Positions 49,464 to 58,138 of a stretch of DNA of 64,000 nucleotides are shown in pieces. Made by a program: the position numbers and the translations under genes. This DNA comes from Gemmatimonadota bacterium (GTDB taxonomy: Bacteria > Gemmatimonadota > Gemmatimonadetes > Palauibacterales > Palauibacteraceae): positions 384,001 to 448,000 of the forward strand of contig OY762926.1 of assembly GCA_963666735.1 (NCBI GenBank). Reading direction: 5' to 3'. The notes beneath the pieces were generated by a model. The model was given only the letters and a program-made list of their open reading frames with translations, ran no database searches and was not told the origin of the DNA. Positions within the stretch are counted from its first letter, which is position 1. Each line of letters starts with the position of its first letter.

Positions 49464-49565
49464 GCGGCCTCCTGGCTGGTTCGATACCGGTCCGTCTACT
49501 GCCAAATAGACCGTTTTCGAAGCCGCGAGCAAGTCTGGCGCCCGCTGCCTCCTGGGTGCGACAGG

Positions 49566-50147
49566 TCAGCCCGTTGCCGTGATCATGGCCAGGATCGGTT
49601 CGATCGCGGCCTCCGCCAGTTCCTCGAGTTCGCGGGCCGTGCGGTTCTGGATCGGGTGCGGGATCCAGACGATGGCGGGCTCGAAGCCGAGCGAGCGCGA
49701 CTGGCTGCGCGCGGCCTGCTCGAACTCGGTCGTGACGACGAAGCAGCCGGGGATCCCACGTTCATCGAGGTCTCTGAGGTCGTGCAGACCGCACGACGTG
49801 CAGGACCCTCAATCGGCTAATGCCTGCACCACCACGTCGGCTTCCGTGGCGATCCTCTGCAGCAACTCGGTCGGCGCCCGCCGCGCGTTGGTCGGCTTGT
49901 CGGTGCGGATCGTCTCGACGCCGAGCGCGTCCAGGCGCGTCTTCACGTGGTCGAGGAACTCGTCGCTGCGCAGCTTGCCAATCCCCTGCAGCGCCACCAC
50001 TCGACCCTCCAGCGACGGGGGCGGCGCACGCCGCGGACGCATCTCCGGGGCGAGTTCGGAGGTGGGATCGTGAAGGATCGTCGTTGGGGTGGCGGGGGTC
50101 GCCGGAGTCGCGGGGGCCGCCGGAGTCGCCGGGGTCGGAGCCGTCAT
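49566..50147 (-). CDS. UGSC-family selenoprotein (193 aa, Sec at codon 113)
   Basis: ...VVQALAD-TGA(49809-49811)-GSCTSCGLHD...GIP...TTEF...PHPIQ...; frame stays open for 80 more codons to TGA at 49566; SECIS-like hairpin follows the UGA. Confidence 0.85.
49779..49797 (-). promoter_or_regulatory. Bacterial SECIS-like element
   Basis: GUCGUGC-GGUCU-GCACGAC perfect 7-bp stem starting 11 nt after the UGA; apical GGUCU resembles the E. coli fdhF SECIS apex. Confidence 0.75.
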
Positions 50148-51595
50148 GTCTCGATCTCTCTGGTGATGGGGTGTGAGTGCCGCCAGGCGCGGCCGCCGGG
50201 CCAGCCGGCCAGGATCGCGGAGTACAGCCCGGCCGCGCCGCCGGCCCGGGCGAGGAGCAGTCCGCCGGGCGGGAACTTGGGCACCTGGCGGCGCGTCTCC
50301 GAGTCCGGCACGCCTTCGGCCAGGCCTCCCGCGCCGCGCGCGACCTTGCTCAACGGCCGCGTCGTCGCCTCCAGCAGCGCTTCGGTGATCCGCGCCCGGC
50401 ACCAGCCGGCTTCCCGGTAGATGGCGTGGTGCTCGGGCGAGAGGAGCAGCACGGCGTGCGCCCACTCGCAGATCTTCGGGTGGCAGACGGCCAGCAGGCA
50501 CGCGGCGAGCGACGCGGTCAGTTCTTCGGGCGTTCGGGAGCGCTGGTCCATGATCCCCTGCACGCCCTCGCCCTGGAAGAGGGTGACGGCGCTGGCCCCG
50601 CGCGGGATGCCGCGTGACACGGAGAGCGGCTCCCACTCCTCGTCCGATTCGTCCTCCGCGAAACAGAACGTGTACTTGCTGGGCGCCCCGAAGGTCGAGC
50701 GGTCGATCTCGCCCGGGCGTCCGCCGCCGACGTTGCGCACGATGAGGTTGAGCGCCCGTCCGATGGTCGCGTTGGCACGGTTCCCCTGCCCGAGGACGTT
50801 GAGCCCCGAGTTCATCCCGATGCGGCGCGCGATGGGACCGTTCACGATGGCGAGGGGCGCCGTGAAGCAGGTGCTGCACAGGATCCCGTGCAGCGTGAAG
50901 TCGGGGTCGAGCGCCGCCTCGAGCGCCGCGAGCACGACCGGCATGTACTCCGGCTTGCACCCCGCGAGCACGGCGTTGATCGCCACTTTCTCCACGGTGC
51001 ACTCGGCGTAGTCCGGCGGTACCGCGCCCACGACATCGTCGGGAGCCCGGGACGTGCCCGTGAGCATGCGCAGAGTCCGCTCCGGCGTCGGCGGGACGAC
51101 GGGCAGCCCGTCCGTCCACCCGCGCTCGAAGCACGCTTCCGCGGCGTCCGCGTGCGGATCCAGAGCCACCTGCCTCGCCGCGAGGCCCGTTTCGCCGAAA
51201 CGCGCGCGCAGTCGCTCCGCGGCGCCGGGTTCGACGGACCGGGAGCCGCAGCCCGGCTGGAACTCGGGCAGTTCCGCGCCCAGATCCGGAGTTGACGTCA
51301 GGTCGCGCCATTTCGCCCGGTTCCAGCCCACCGCGCGCCCCGTCTCATTTCCACCATCGAAGCGCACGAGCGTGGGGACCGTCTCGATCCCGAGCCGGAA
51401 CGAGTGCTCGAGTTGCGTGTCGTCGACGACGCCGGAAAGCGCGGCGGGGAAGTCCGGGTCGTCCTGGCTCAAGATGGCGAGACCGTCGCGGCCATCGGCG
51501 AGCCGCCCCAGTACGGGTTCGACGAGTTGGCAGGTGGGGCAGTCCCGCTTGACGACGACCACGAGACCGTCCGCCGGGAGCGGAGCGTGTTCCAT
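50144..51595 (-). CDS. Thioredoxin-like (CPTC) domain fused to the UGSC-associated GWTDGLPVVPPT domain
   Basis: KRDCPTC, IETVPT (cis-Pro loop), PGCGS, GWTDGLPVVPPT, NA..AGC.P, RANATIGRA; stop overlaps the selenoprotein ATG. Confidence 0.8.
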   Translation of the reverse strand: MEHAPLPADGLVVVVKRDCPTCQLVEPVLGRLADGRDGLAILSQDDPDFPAALSGVVDDTQLEHSFRLGIETVPTLVRFDGGNETGRAVGWNRAKWRDLTSTPDLGAELPEFQPGCGSRSVEPGAAERLRARFGETGLAARQVALDPHADAAEACFERGWTDGLPVVPPTPERTLRMLTGTSRAPDDVVGAVPPDYAECTVEKVAINAVLAGCKPEYMPVVLAALEAALDPDFTLHGILCSTCFTAPLAIVNGPIARRIGMNSGLNVLGQGNRANATIGRALNLIVRNVGGGRPGEIDRSTFGAPSKYTFCFAEDESDEEWEPLSVSRGIPRGASAVTLFQGEGVQGIMDQRSRTPEELTASLAACLLAVCHPKICEWAHAVLLLSPEHHAIYREAGWCRARITEALLEATTRPLSKVARGAGGLAEGVPDSETRRQVPKFPPGGLLLARAGGAAGLYSAILAGWPGGRAWRHSHPITREIET

Positions 51596-51688
51596 GTCCC
51601 AACCGTAACCCGCCCGTCCCGTCCGTCCAAGCCGGCCCCCGCGCTCCGATGGATGGCGGGGGGCGCGCGTTCATGCGAATCGTGACGC

Positions 51689-51723
51689 TTGACAATTCAG
51701 TGACCAGTCATCAAATCTGGTCA
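51689..51723 (+). promoter_or_regulatory. Promoter/operator of the TA module
   Basis: TTGACA at 51689; inverted repeat TGACCAG-N9-CTGGTCA (51701-51723) abutting the ATG. Confidence 0.6.
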
Positions 51724-51724
51724 T

Positions 51725-51964
51725 ATGGAGACGATCAACGCTTCCGATTTCAAGGCCAGGTGTCTCGCGATCCTTGACCGGGTGCGCGATACGGGTGAAC
51801 GGGTCGTCATCCTGAAACGCGGCCGGCCGGTCGCGGAACTCGTGCCGCCGAGCCATTCCGTCTCCGAGTTCCCGCAGGAGGAGTTGAAGGGGACCGTTAC
51901 CGTCCACGCCGACATCGTCGGACCGGCGATTCCCGAGGAGCACTGGGAGAGCCTCCGGAAGTGA
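51725..51964 (+). CDS. Phd/YefM family antitoxin
   Basis: INASDFKARCL.ILDRV..TGE.VVI.KRGRPVA.LVP. Confidence 0.9.
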   Translation: METINASDFKARCLAILDRVRDTGERVVILKRGRPVAELVPPSHSVSEFPQEELKGTVTVHADIVGPAIPEEHWESLRK

Positions 51965-52359
51965 CGCCGATGCTCGACACGCACATTCTGATCTGGTGGT
52001 TCGAGCAGGCGGGTCGCCTCTCCGCGGCCCAACGGGAGATCATCGAAGCGGCGGACGGCAACCCTCCCCTGATCCTCTCCGACATCTCGCTCCTGGAAAT
52101 CGCGACGCTGTGCGGTCTCGGCCGGATCCGGCTGTCGATCCCGCTGCGCGACTGGCTGGAGAAGGCCGTGGCCCCTCCGCTGGTGCGGCGACAGGGGATC
52201 TCTCCGGCCATCGCTTCGGAGATCGCGGCCCTGCCGGATTCGTTCCACCGGGATCCCGCGGACCGGACGATCGTCGCGACGGCCAGGGCCCTGGGCGCAA
52301 CCCTTCTGACTCAGGATCGCCGCATCATCGAGTCCGGATTGGTCCAAGCCATCGGATAG
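51961..52359 (+). CDS. vapC: PIN-domain toxin
   Basis: LDTHILIW, S..EI, HRDPADR.I.ATA, LLTQD. Confidence 0.9.
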   Translation: MTPMLDTHILIWWFEQAGRLSAAQREIIEAADGNPPLILSDISLLEIATLCGLGRIRLSIPLRDWLEKAVAPPLVRRQGISPAIASEIAALPDSFHRDPADRTIVATARALGATLLTQDRRIIESGLVQAIG

Positions 52360-52456
52360 CGTCCGCCGGTCCGCGCAGCCGTTGACCGCGCGCGGGACTG
52401 AACGGACATTCACGGCTGCGTGTTGTGAAGGGGTGCGCGGGGACATGTTCCCCCGC

Positions 52457-52500
52457 GATGGACCCAATGATGGACCCACGATGGACCAATGATGGACCCA
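52457..52500. repeat. Four near-perfect GATGGACCCA direct repeats with 11-12 bp period
   Basis: Copies at 52457, 52469, 52480 and 52491, just upstream of the RBS/ATG at 52521. Confidence 0.8.
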
Positions 52501-52520
52501 CTCGGAAGGATGTACCTCTC

Positions 52521-54242
52521 ATGAACCGAACCGCACTCGCGCGCCGGCTGGCGGGCGGGGTGGTCCCGGGCCTGCTCCTCGCGTCGCTGTCCGGCCTCGC
52601 CGCTCCCGCGGCCGCCGACGCGCAGTACATGCCGAGCCAGACCCCGGTGCCTCCCCCGTTCTTCGCGCTCCGGAACGCGCGCATCGTGACCGGCACGGGA
52701 GCCGTGATCGAGAACGGCACCGTCGTCATCGCCAACGGCCTCATCGAAGCCGTCGGGGCCGACGTCGACATCCCCGGCGAGGCCTGGGTCATCGACGTTA
52801 CGGATCTCACCGTTTACCCCGGCCTCTTCGACGGCCTGTCGCAGGTGGGACTGGAGACGGAGGGCGGGGATGGGCCCGGCGCCGGTGGAGGCGCGGGCGG
52901 GAATCCCTTCGCCTTCCTCGTGGCGCAGGGGAACCAGCCTCGCACGGTGAGTCCCGAGGATCGCCCGGCGACGAACTCCTGGTTTAACGCCGCGGACATG
53001 TTGAACTCCGATGCGGACGCGATCGAGACATGGCGCAGCGGCGGGTTCACGAACGCGCTCGTGGCGCCCGACGACGGGATCGTCACGGGACAGGGCGTCG
53101 TGGTAAACCTCGCGGGCGACGAGCAGGAGATGGTCGTGAAGGCGCCCGCCGCTCTTCGGGTAACGATGAGTGGCGCCGGCGGATTCAGGAGCTTCCCGGG
53201 TTCGCTCATGGGCGTCATCTCCTACATCCGGCAGCTCTATCTCGACGCGGAGCATGCCCGGCAGTACGAGGCGAGCTACATGGCGAACCCGAGCGGGCAG
53301 CCGCGTCCGGCCTATGACCGCGCGCTCGGCCCGGTTCAGGATGCGATCGCGGGCGGCTGGCCCACGGTCATGCCGGCGAACGAGGTGCGGCAGATCCGGC
53401 GGGCGATCAAGCTCGGGCGCGACACCGGCGCGCGGCCGGTCCTGCAGGGCGCGCACGAGGCGTATGAGCTGGCCGGCGAGATCGCGGCCGCGGGCGTCCC
53501 GGTGCTCGTCAACGTGGACTGGCCCGAGCGAAACCGCGATGCGGACCCGGAAGCCGAGGAGTCGCTTTCGTCGCTGAAGCGCCGCGCCTACGCGCCGACG
53601 ACGCCGGCCCGGCTCGAGGAGGCCGGGGCGGAATGGGCCTTCTACAGCGGCTCGGCGAACAGCCCCCGCGCCATGATGGACAACGTGCGGACGGCGATCG
53701 AGAACGGGCTCTCGGAGGAGGCGGCGCTGGAAGCGCTCACCGCCGCCCCGGCGCGGATCTACGGCGTGGACGCGATGCTGGGCTCCGTCGAGGCGGGGAA
53801 GATCGCGAACCTCGTCGTCGCGGACGGCCCGCTGTTCGACGAGGACACCGACATTCGGATGGTGTTCGTCGATGGCCACAAGTTCGAGGAGGAGGCGCTC
53901 GAGCCGAGGCCGACCGAACCGCCGGCCGTCGACATGAACGGCACCTGGCTCCTCTCCCTGAACAACGATTCGCAGGAGGCGACGGCTGAACTCGAGGTGT
54001 CGGAGGACGGCACGATCTCCGGAACGATCCAGGGCGAGCGCGGCGAGCAGCAGATCACGGACGGCTGGGTGAGCGGCAACGAGTTCAGCATCACGGCCTC
54101 CGCCACGATGGGACCGGGCATGGAAGTGGAGATCGTCTATACCGGCACGGTCGAGGGCGATTCGATCGAGGGGAACGCTTCCTTCGGCGGCATGCGCAAC
54201 ATGGACTTCACGGGCGCGAGGCCCGGGGGAGGTGTCCGATGA
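52521..54242 (+). CDS. Secreted amidohydrolase-fold protein (no HxH) with C-terminal beta domain
   Basis: Signal peptide; NARIVT..G..IE.GTV, YPGLFD, G.VEAGK.ANLVV. Confidence 0.8.
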   Translation: MNRTALARRLAGGVVPGLLLASLSGLAAPAAADAQYMPSQTPVPPPFFALRNARIVTGTGAVIENGTVVIANGLIEAVGADVDIPGEAWVIDVTDLTVYPGLFDGLSQVGLETEGGDGPGAGGGAGGNPFAFLVAQGNQPRTVSPEDRPATNSWFNAADMLNSDADAIETWRSGGFTNALVAPDDGIVTGQGVVVNLAGDEQEMVVKAPAALRVTMSGAGGFRSFPGSLMGVISYIRQLYLDAEHARQYEASYMANPSGQPRPAYDRALGPVQDAIAGGWPTVMPANEVRQIRRAIKLGRDTGARPVLQGAHEAYELAGEIAAAGVPVLVNVDWPERNRDADPEAEESLSSLKRRAYAPTTPARLEEAGAEWAFYSGSANSPRAMMDNVRTAIENGLSEEAALEALTAAPARIYGVDAMLGSVEAGKIANLVVADGPLFDEDTDIRMVFVDGHKFEEEALEPRPTEPPAVDMNGTWLLSLNNDSQEATAELEVSEDGTISGTIQGERGEQQITDGWVSGNEFSITASATMGPGMEVEIVYTGTVEGDSIEGNASFGGMRNMDFTGARPGGGVR

Positions 54243-55663
54243 GACAGGCCATGCGACAGGCCATGAGACACGGTACGAGGCGGGTGGGGGCTGGCTGGCT
54301 GGCGCTCGCGGTCGCGCTCGGGATTCCGGGCGGGGTCGCCGCGCAGGACCAGCCGATCCTGATCCGCGGCGCGACGATCCTCACCGCGGCGGAAGCCGGC
54401 CGGATCGAGGACGGCGCCGTCCTGTTCCAGAACGGGCGTATCGTCGCGGTCGGCCCGGCCTCCGAAGTCGAGGCCCCCGCCGATGCGCTGGTGATCGACG
54501 GCACGGGCAAGTTCGTCACGCCCGGAATCGTCGACGCGCACTCCCACATCGCGGCGGACGCGATCAACGAGGGGGCGGTCTCCGTCTCCTCCATGGTCTC
54601 GATCCACGACGTGATCGACCCGACGGACATCGCGATCTACCGCGAGGTGGCGGGCGGCACGACGACGTCGCACGTGATGCACGGGAGCGCGAACCCGATC
54701 GGCGGCAACAACGCCGTCATCAAGCACCGCTGGGGCGCGGACGCGCAGGGGCTCCTGTTCCAGGGCGCGCCGCCGACGATCAAGTTCGCGCTCGGTGAGA
54801 ACCCGAAGCGGGCCGGCAGTCCCACCCTCCCGGGCCAGGAGGCGCGCTATCCCGCCTCCCGCATGGGAGTGATGGACGTCATCCGGCAGGCCTTCATCGA
54901 GGCCACCGGGTACAAGGCCGAGTGGGACGCCTATCGTACCCGGGTGGCGGACGGCGACAGGAACGCGATTCCGCCGCGCCGCAACCTGACCATGGATCCG
55001 CTGGTCGAGGTCCTCGAAGGCACGCGCTACGTGCACGCGCACAGCTACCGCGCGGACGAGATCCTGCAACTCATGAGGGCGGCCGAGGAGTTCGACTTCC
55101 GCATCCACGTGTTCCAGCATGTGCTGGAGGGCTACCGGGTCGCCGACGAGATGGCGGAGCACGGAGCCCACGCCTCCACCTTCTCGGACTGGTGGGCCTA
55201 CAAGATGGAGGCCTACGAGGCGATCCCCTACAACGCGGCCATCATGACCCGGCGCGGCGTCAACGTCTCCATCAACTCCGACAGCGGAGAAGAAGGACGG
55301 CACCTCAATCAGGAAGCCGCCAAGACGATGAAGTGGGGCGGCCTGAGCGAGGCCGAGGCACTTGCCACCGTCACGATCAACCCGGCGATCCAGCTTATGA
55401 TCGACGACCGGGTGGGGTCGCTGGAAGCGGGGAAGGACGCGGACATCGTCCTGTGGGAGAACTATCCGCTCTCCTCCTACGCGAAGGTTCGGACGACGTA
55501 TATCGAAGGCGAGGTCATGTTCGATATCGACGCCGACATGGCGATGCGAGCCGAAATCGAGGCGGAGAAGGCGGAACTTAGAGAGATGCTCGGCGAGGCG
55601 GACGATTCCGAGGATTCAGAGGACGAGCGGGATCCGGGCAGGCGGTCGGGAGGTGGACGATGA
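54239..55663 (+). CDS. Secreted amidohydrolase (imidazolonepropionase-like)
   Basis: PGIVDAHSH, KFALGENPK, HSYR.DE, QH..EGY, INSDS. Confidence 0.85.
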   Translation: MRQAMRQAMRHGTRRVGAGWLALAVALGIPGGVAAQDQPILIRGATILTAAEAGRIEDGAVLFQNGRIVAVGPASEVEAPADALVIDGTGKFVTPGIVDAHSHIAADAINEGAVSVSSMVSIHDVIDPTDIAIYREVAGGTTTSHVMHGSANPIGGNNAVIKHRWGADAQGLLFQGAPPTIKFALGENPKRAGSPTLPGQEARYPASRMGVMDVIRQAFIEATGYKAEWDAYRTRVADGDRNAIPPRRNLTMDPLVEVLEGTRYVHAHSYRADEILQLMRAAEEFDFRIHVFQHVLEGYRVADEMAEHGAHASTFSDWWAYKMEAYEAIPYNAAIMTRRGVNVSINSDSGEEGRHLNQEAAKTMKWGGLSEAEALATVTINPAIQLMIDDRVGSLEAGKDADIVLWENYPLSSYAKVRTTYIEGEVMFDIDADMAMRAEIEAEKAELREMLGEADDSEDSEDERDPGRRSGGGR

Positions 55664-55728
55664 TGCGCGGGTCCGGGAACATCCTCGGGAACACCCTTCG
55701 TAACACTACGAACGACAGGATCGACACC

Positions 55729-57084
55729 ATGGTGAAGTCGATAGCCGCGATAGCGGCAGTCTTCGGGACGGCCGGATTCGCCGTGCCCGCTCAGGCCGCC
55801 GCGCAGGAGGGCGGGACGTTCGCGGTGCAGGGGGCCACGATCCACACGGTGGCCGACGGCGTCATCGAGAACGGGACGATCGTGCTCAGGGACGGCCGCA
55901 TCATCGCGGTCGGAAGCGATGTCGAGATCCCGGCGGACGCCGAGATCATCGACGGGGAAGGGAAGCACGTCTTTCCCGGCATGATCGACGCCTTCAGCTC
56001 TTTGGGCCTCACGGAGGTCGGCGCCGTCGCGGTGACGAACGACGCGAGCGAACTGGGCCGCTGGAACCCGCATCTCAACGCCCACACGGCGATCCACCCC
56101 GCCAGCGAACACATTCCCGTCGCGCGCGCGAACGGGATCACGCATACGATGGCCGCGCCCGGCGGAGGCGGCCGTTTCGGCGGCGGCGGAGGCTCGGGCA
56201 TTCAGGGCCAGGCCACGCTCATCCATCTCGACGGCTGGACCGTGGAGGAGATGGAGATCGAGAAGACGGCGGCGATGGTCCTCGGCTGGCCCACGCTTTC
56301 CGCCGGCGGAGGCCGCTTCGGCGGCTTCGGCGGCGGCGGAGGCGGTCGGTCGTTCCGTCAGGCGCAGGAGCGTTTCGACGAGCAGGTCGCGGAGATGGAC
56401 GAGTGGTTCGTCGCCGCGCAGCACTACAGGCAGGCGGTGGAGTCCGGTTCGAACCGCGTGCCGCGCAACATCCAGCTCGAGCACCTGTCGCGCGTCCTCG
56501 ACCGGGGGATGAAGGTCATCGTGCGGGCGAACGGCTGGCGCGAGATCGAGTCGGCGATCGAGTTCGCGGAGAAGTGGAACCTGGACCTCGTCATCGCGGG
56601 CGGGACCGGCGCGCGCGAGATCGCGGGCACGCTGGCCGAGAAGAACATCCCGGTCATCCTGGGCCCGGTGCAGCGGCTGCCGCAGGGCGAGGACACCGCG
56701 TACGACGATCCGAACACGCTGCCCGGCGTGCTGCACGACGCGGGGGTCGAGATCGCCTTCGCGACCTTCAACTCCGCCGACTCGCGGACGCTGCCCTACG
56801 AGGCGGCGAACTCCGTGTCGTGGGGGCTCACGAAGGATGCGGCACTGGAGGCGGTGACGCTGGCGCCCGCGCGGGTGCTGGGGGTCGACGACCGGCTGGG
56901 GTCGCTCGAGGTTGGCAAGGTCGGCAACCTGATCGTGACCGATGGCGATCCGCTCGAGATCACGACCGAGATCGAGTGGGTGTTCATCAAGGGCGTGCCG
57001 TCCGACCTGGACAACAAGCACCGCAGTCTGTGGGAGAAGTACGACAACCGCCCCGCGCGGCGGGTGACCACGACGACGACCTGA
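55729..57084 (+). CDS. Secreted amidohydrolase-fold protein (no HxH; start uncertain)
   Basis: PGMIDAFS.LG, RANGIT, T..PA..LG...R.GSLE.GK. Confidence 0.8.
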   Translation: MVKSIAAIAAVFGTAGFAVPAQAAAQEGGTFAVQGATIHTVADGVIENGTIVLRDGRIIAVGSDVEIPADAEIIDGEGKHVFPGMIDAFSSLGLTEVGAVAVTNDASELGRWNPHLNAHTAIHPASEHIPVARANGITHTMAAPGGGGRFGGGGGSGIQGQATLIHLDGWTVEEMEIEKTAAMVLGWPTLSAGGGRFGGFGGGGGGRSFRQAQERFDEQVAEMDEWFVAAQHYRQAVESGSNRVPRNIQLEHLSRVLDRGMKVIVRANGWREIESAIEFAEKWNLDLVIAGGTGAREIAGTLAEKNIPVILGPVQRLPQGEDTAYDDPNTLPGVLHDAGVEIAFATFNSADSRTLPYEAANSVSWGLTKDAALEAVTLAPARVLGVDDRLGSLEVGKVGNLIVTDGDPLEITTEIEWVFIKGVPSDLDNKHRSLWEKYDNRPARRVTTTTT

Positions 57085-57120
57085 CGGCCGGAGCCGGACT
57101 GCGGGCGCGACGCCGCGCGG

Positions 57121-57471
57121 TTAGTCGTCGGTCTCGGGGCGGCGCCGCTTCTTCTTCGTGAGGGAGCGGCGCCGTTTCTGTTCCAGCCGCTTCTCGCGGG
57201 CGGCCCGCGTCGGCTTCGTCGCGCGGCGCGGCGGGGGGGTGTAGTCGCGCTCCCTGAGGGCCGCCCGCAGACGCTCGAGCGCGCGGGCCCGGTTGCGGTG
57301 CTGGCTCCGGGATTCGCGCGCGGTCGCCACGATGCCCGTGGGACGGTGCGTGAGCCGGACGGCCGACTCGGTCTTGTTCTGGTGCTGGCCGCCCGGACCG
57401 CCGGCCCTGAACGTCTCGACGGAACACTCGGCGAGCAGTTCCTCGTCGCTGCGTGACTCCGCGCTACTCAC
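57121..57471 (-). CDS. Peptide chain release factor-like peptidyl-tRNA hydrolase (ArfB/YaeJ-like)
   Basis: [20 protein letters not shown] motif; RSQ..NR; basic C-terminal tail; GGAGG RBS before the GTG. Confidence 0.85.
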   Translation of the reverse strand: MSSAESRSDEELLAECSVETFRAGGPGGQHQNKTESAVRLTHRPTGIVATARESRSQHRNRARALERLRAALRERDYTPPPRRATKPTRAAREKRLEQKRRRSLTKKKRRRPETDD

Positions 57472-57556
57472 GGTTTCCTCCCATCGGATCGCAGGCCGGT
57501 CCCCGCCGTCCCGGGGTACCGACACGAAGACCGGTCCATCACCGTAACTTGTCCAC

Positions 57557-58138
57557 ATGAACGAGTCGACGCACAACTTCGAGACACAGCGGGAGACACG
57601 GCGGGACCTGGAGCGGGAGACGGCGGATCCGGCGGCCGTCGCCATTGCGGACGGAGTCCGTCACGGCCTGGACCCGCGGTCGATCCCGCTGAAGCGGGTC
57701 GTCGGCCGCATCGTCACGGCGTGCGTCTCCCTCCCGCTGGCGGCGGGCGTCGCCGTGGCGTGGGCTGCGGGCGGGCCGCCACCGGGCGTCGTGGCGGCCA
57801 TCGTGAGCGGCTGGGTCGTCATCACCGGCGGGCTCGGCTGGTGGCTGCACCGCTGGGCGGTCCTCCATTACCGCTACGCCTCGTACACCGTCAACGAGGA
57901 GGACATCGAAATCCGGAGCGGGGTCGTGTGGCGGAAGGCGATCAGCGTACCGCGCTCCCGTGTCCAGCACACCGACGTGTCGCAGGGACCGCTCGAGCGT
58001 CGCTACGGCCTCGGCACGCTGGGCATCTATACCGCGGGAACCGACTACGCCAAGGTCTCCATCGACGGACTCGAGCATGAAACGGCGCTCCGAATCCGGG
58101 ATCATCTCCTGCCGCCCGCGGGGGCCGATGCCGTCTGA
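57557..58138 (+). CDS. Membrane protein with bacterial PH domain (YdbS-like)
   Basis: Two TM helices, then VPRSRVQH....QGPL.R..GL..L...TAG. Confidence 0.85.
   Translation: MNESTHNFETQRETRRDLERETADPAAVAIADGVRHGLDPRSIPLKRVVGRIVTACVSLPLAAGVAVAWAAGGPPPGVVAAIVSGWVVITGGLGWWLHRWAVLHYRYASYTVNEEDIEIRSGVVWRKAISVPRSRVQHTDVSQGPLERRYGLGTLGIYTAGTDYAKVSIDGLEHETALRIRDHLLPPAGADAV

Noticed and set aside
50084..50143. 9-bp repeats encoding PATPAAPATPATPAT
   Set aside because: Ordinary low-complexity N-terminal extension
49809..51311. 500-aa minus-strand ORF in the track
   Set aside because: Only its last 112 codons are real (the selenoprotein N-half); the rest is an off-frame overlap of the thioredoxin gene
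52457..52500. Possible mini-CRISPR array
   Set aside because: 10-bp units separated by 1-2 nt; no spacers and no cas genes
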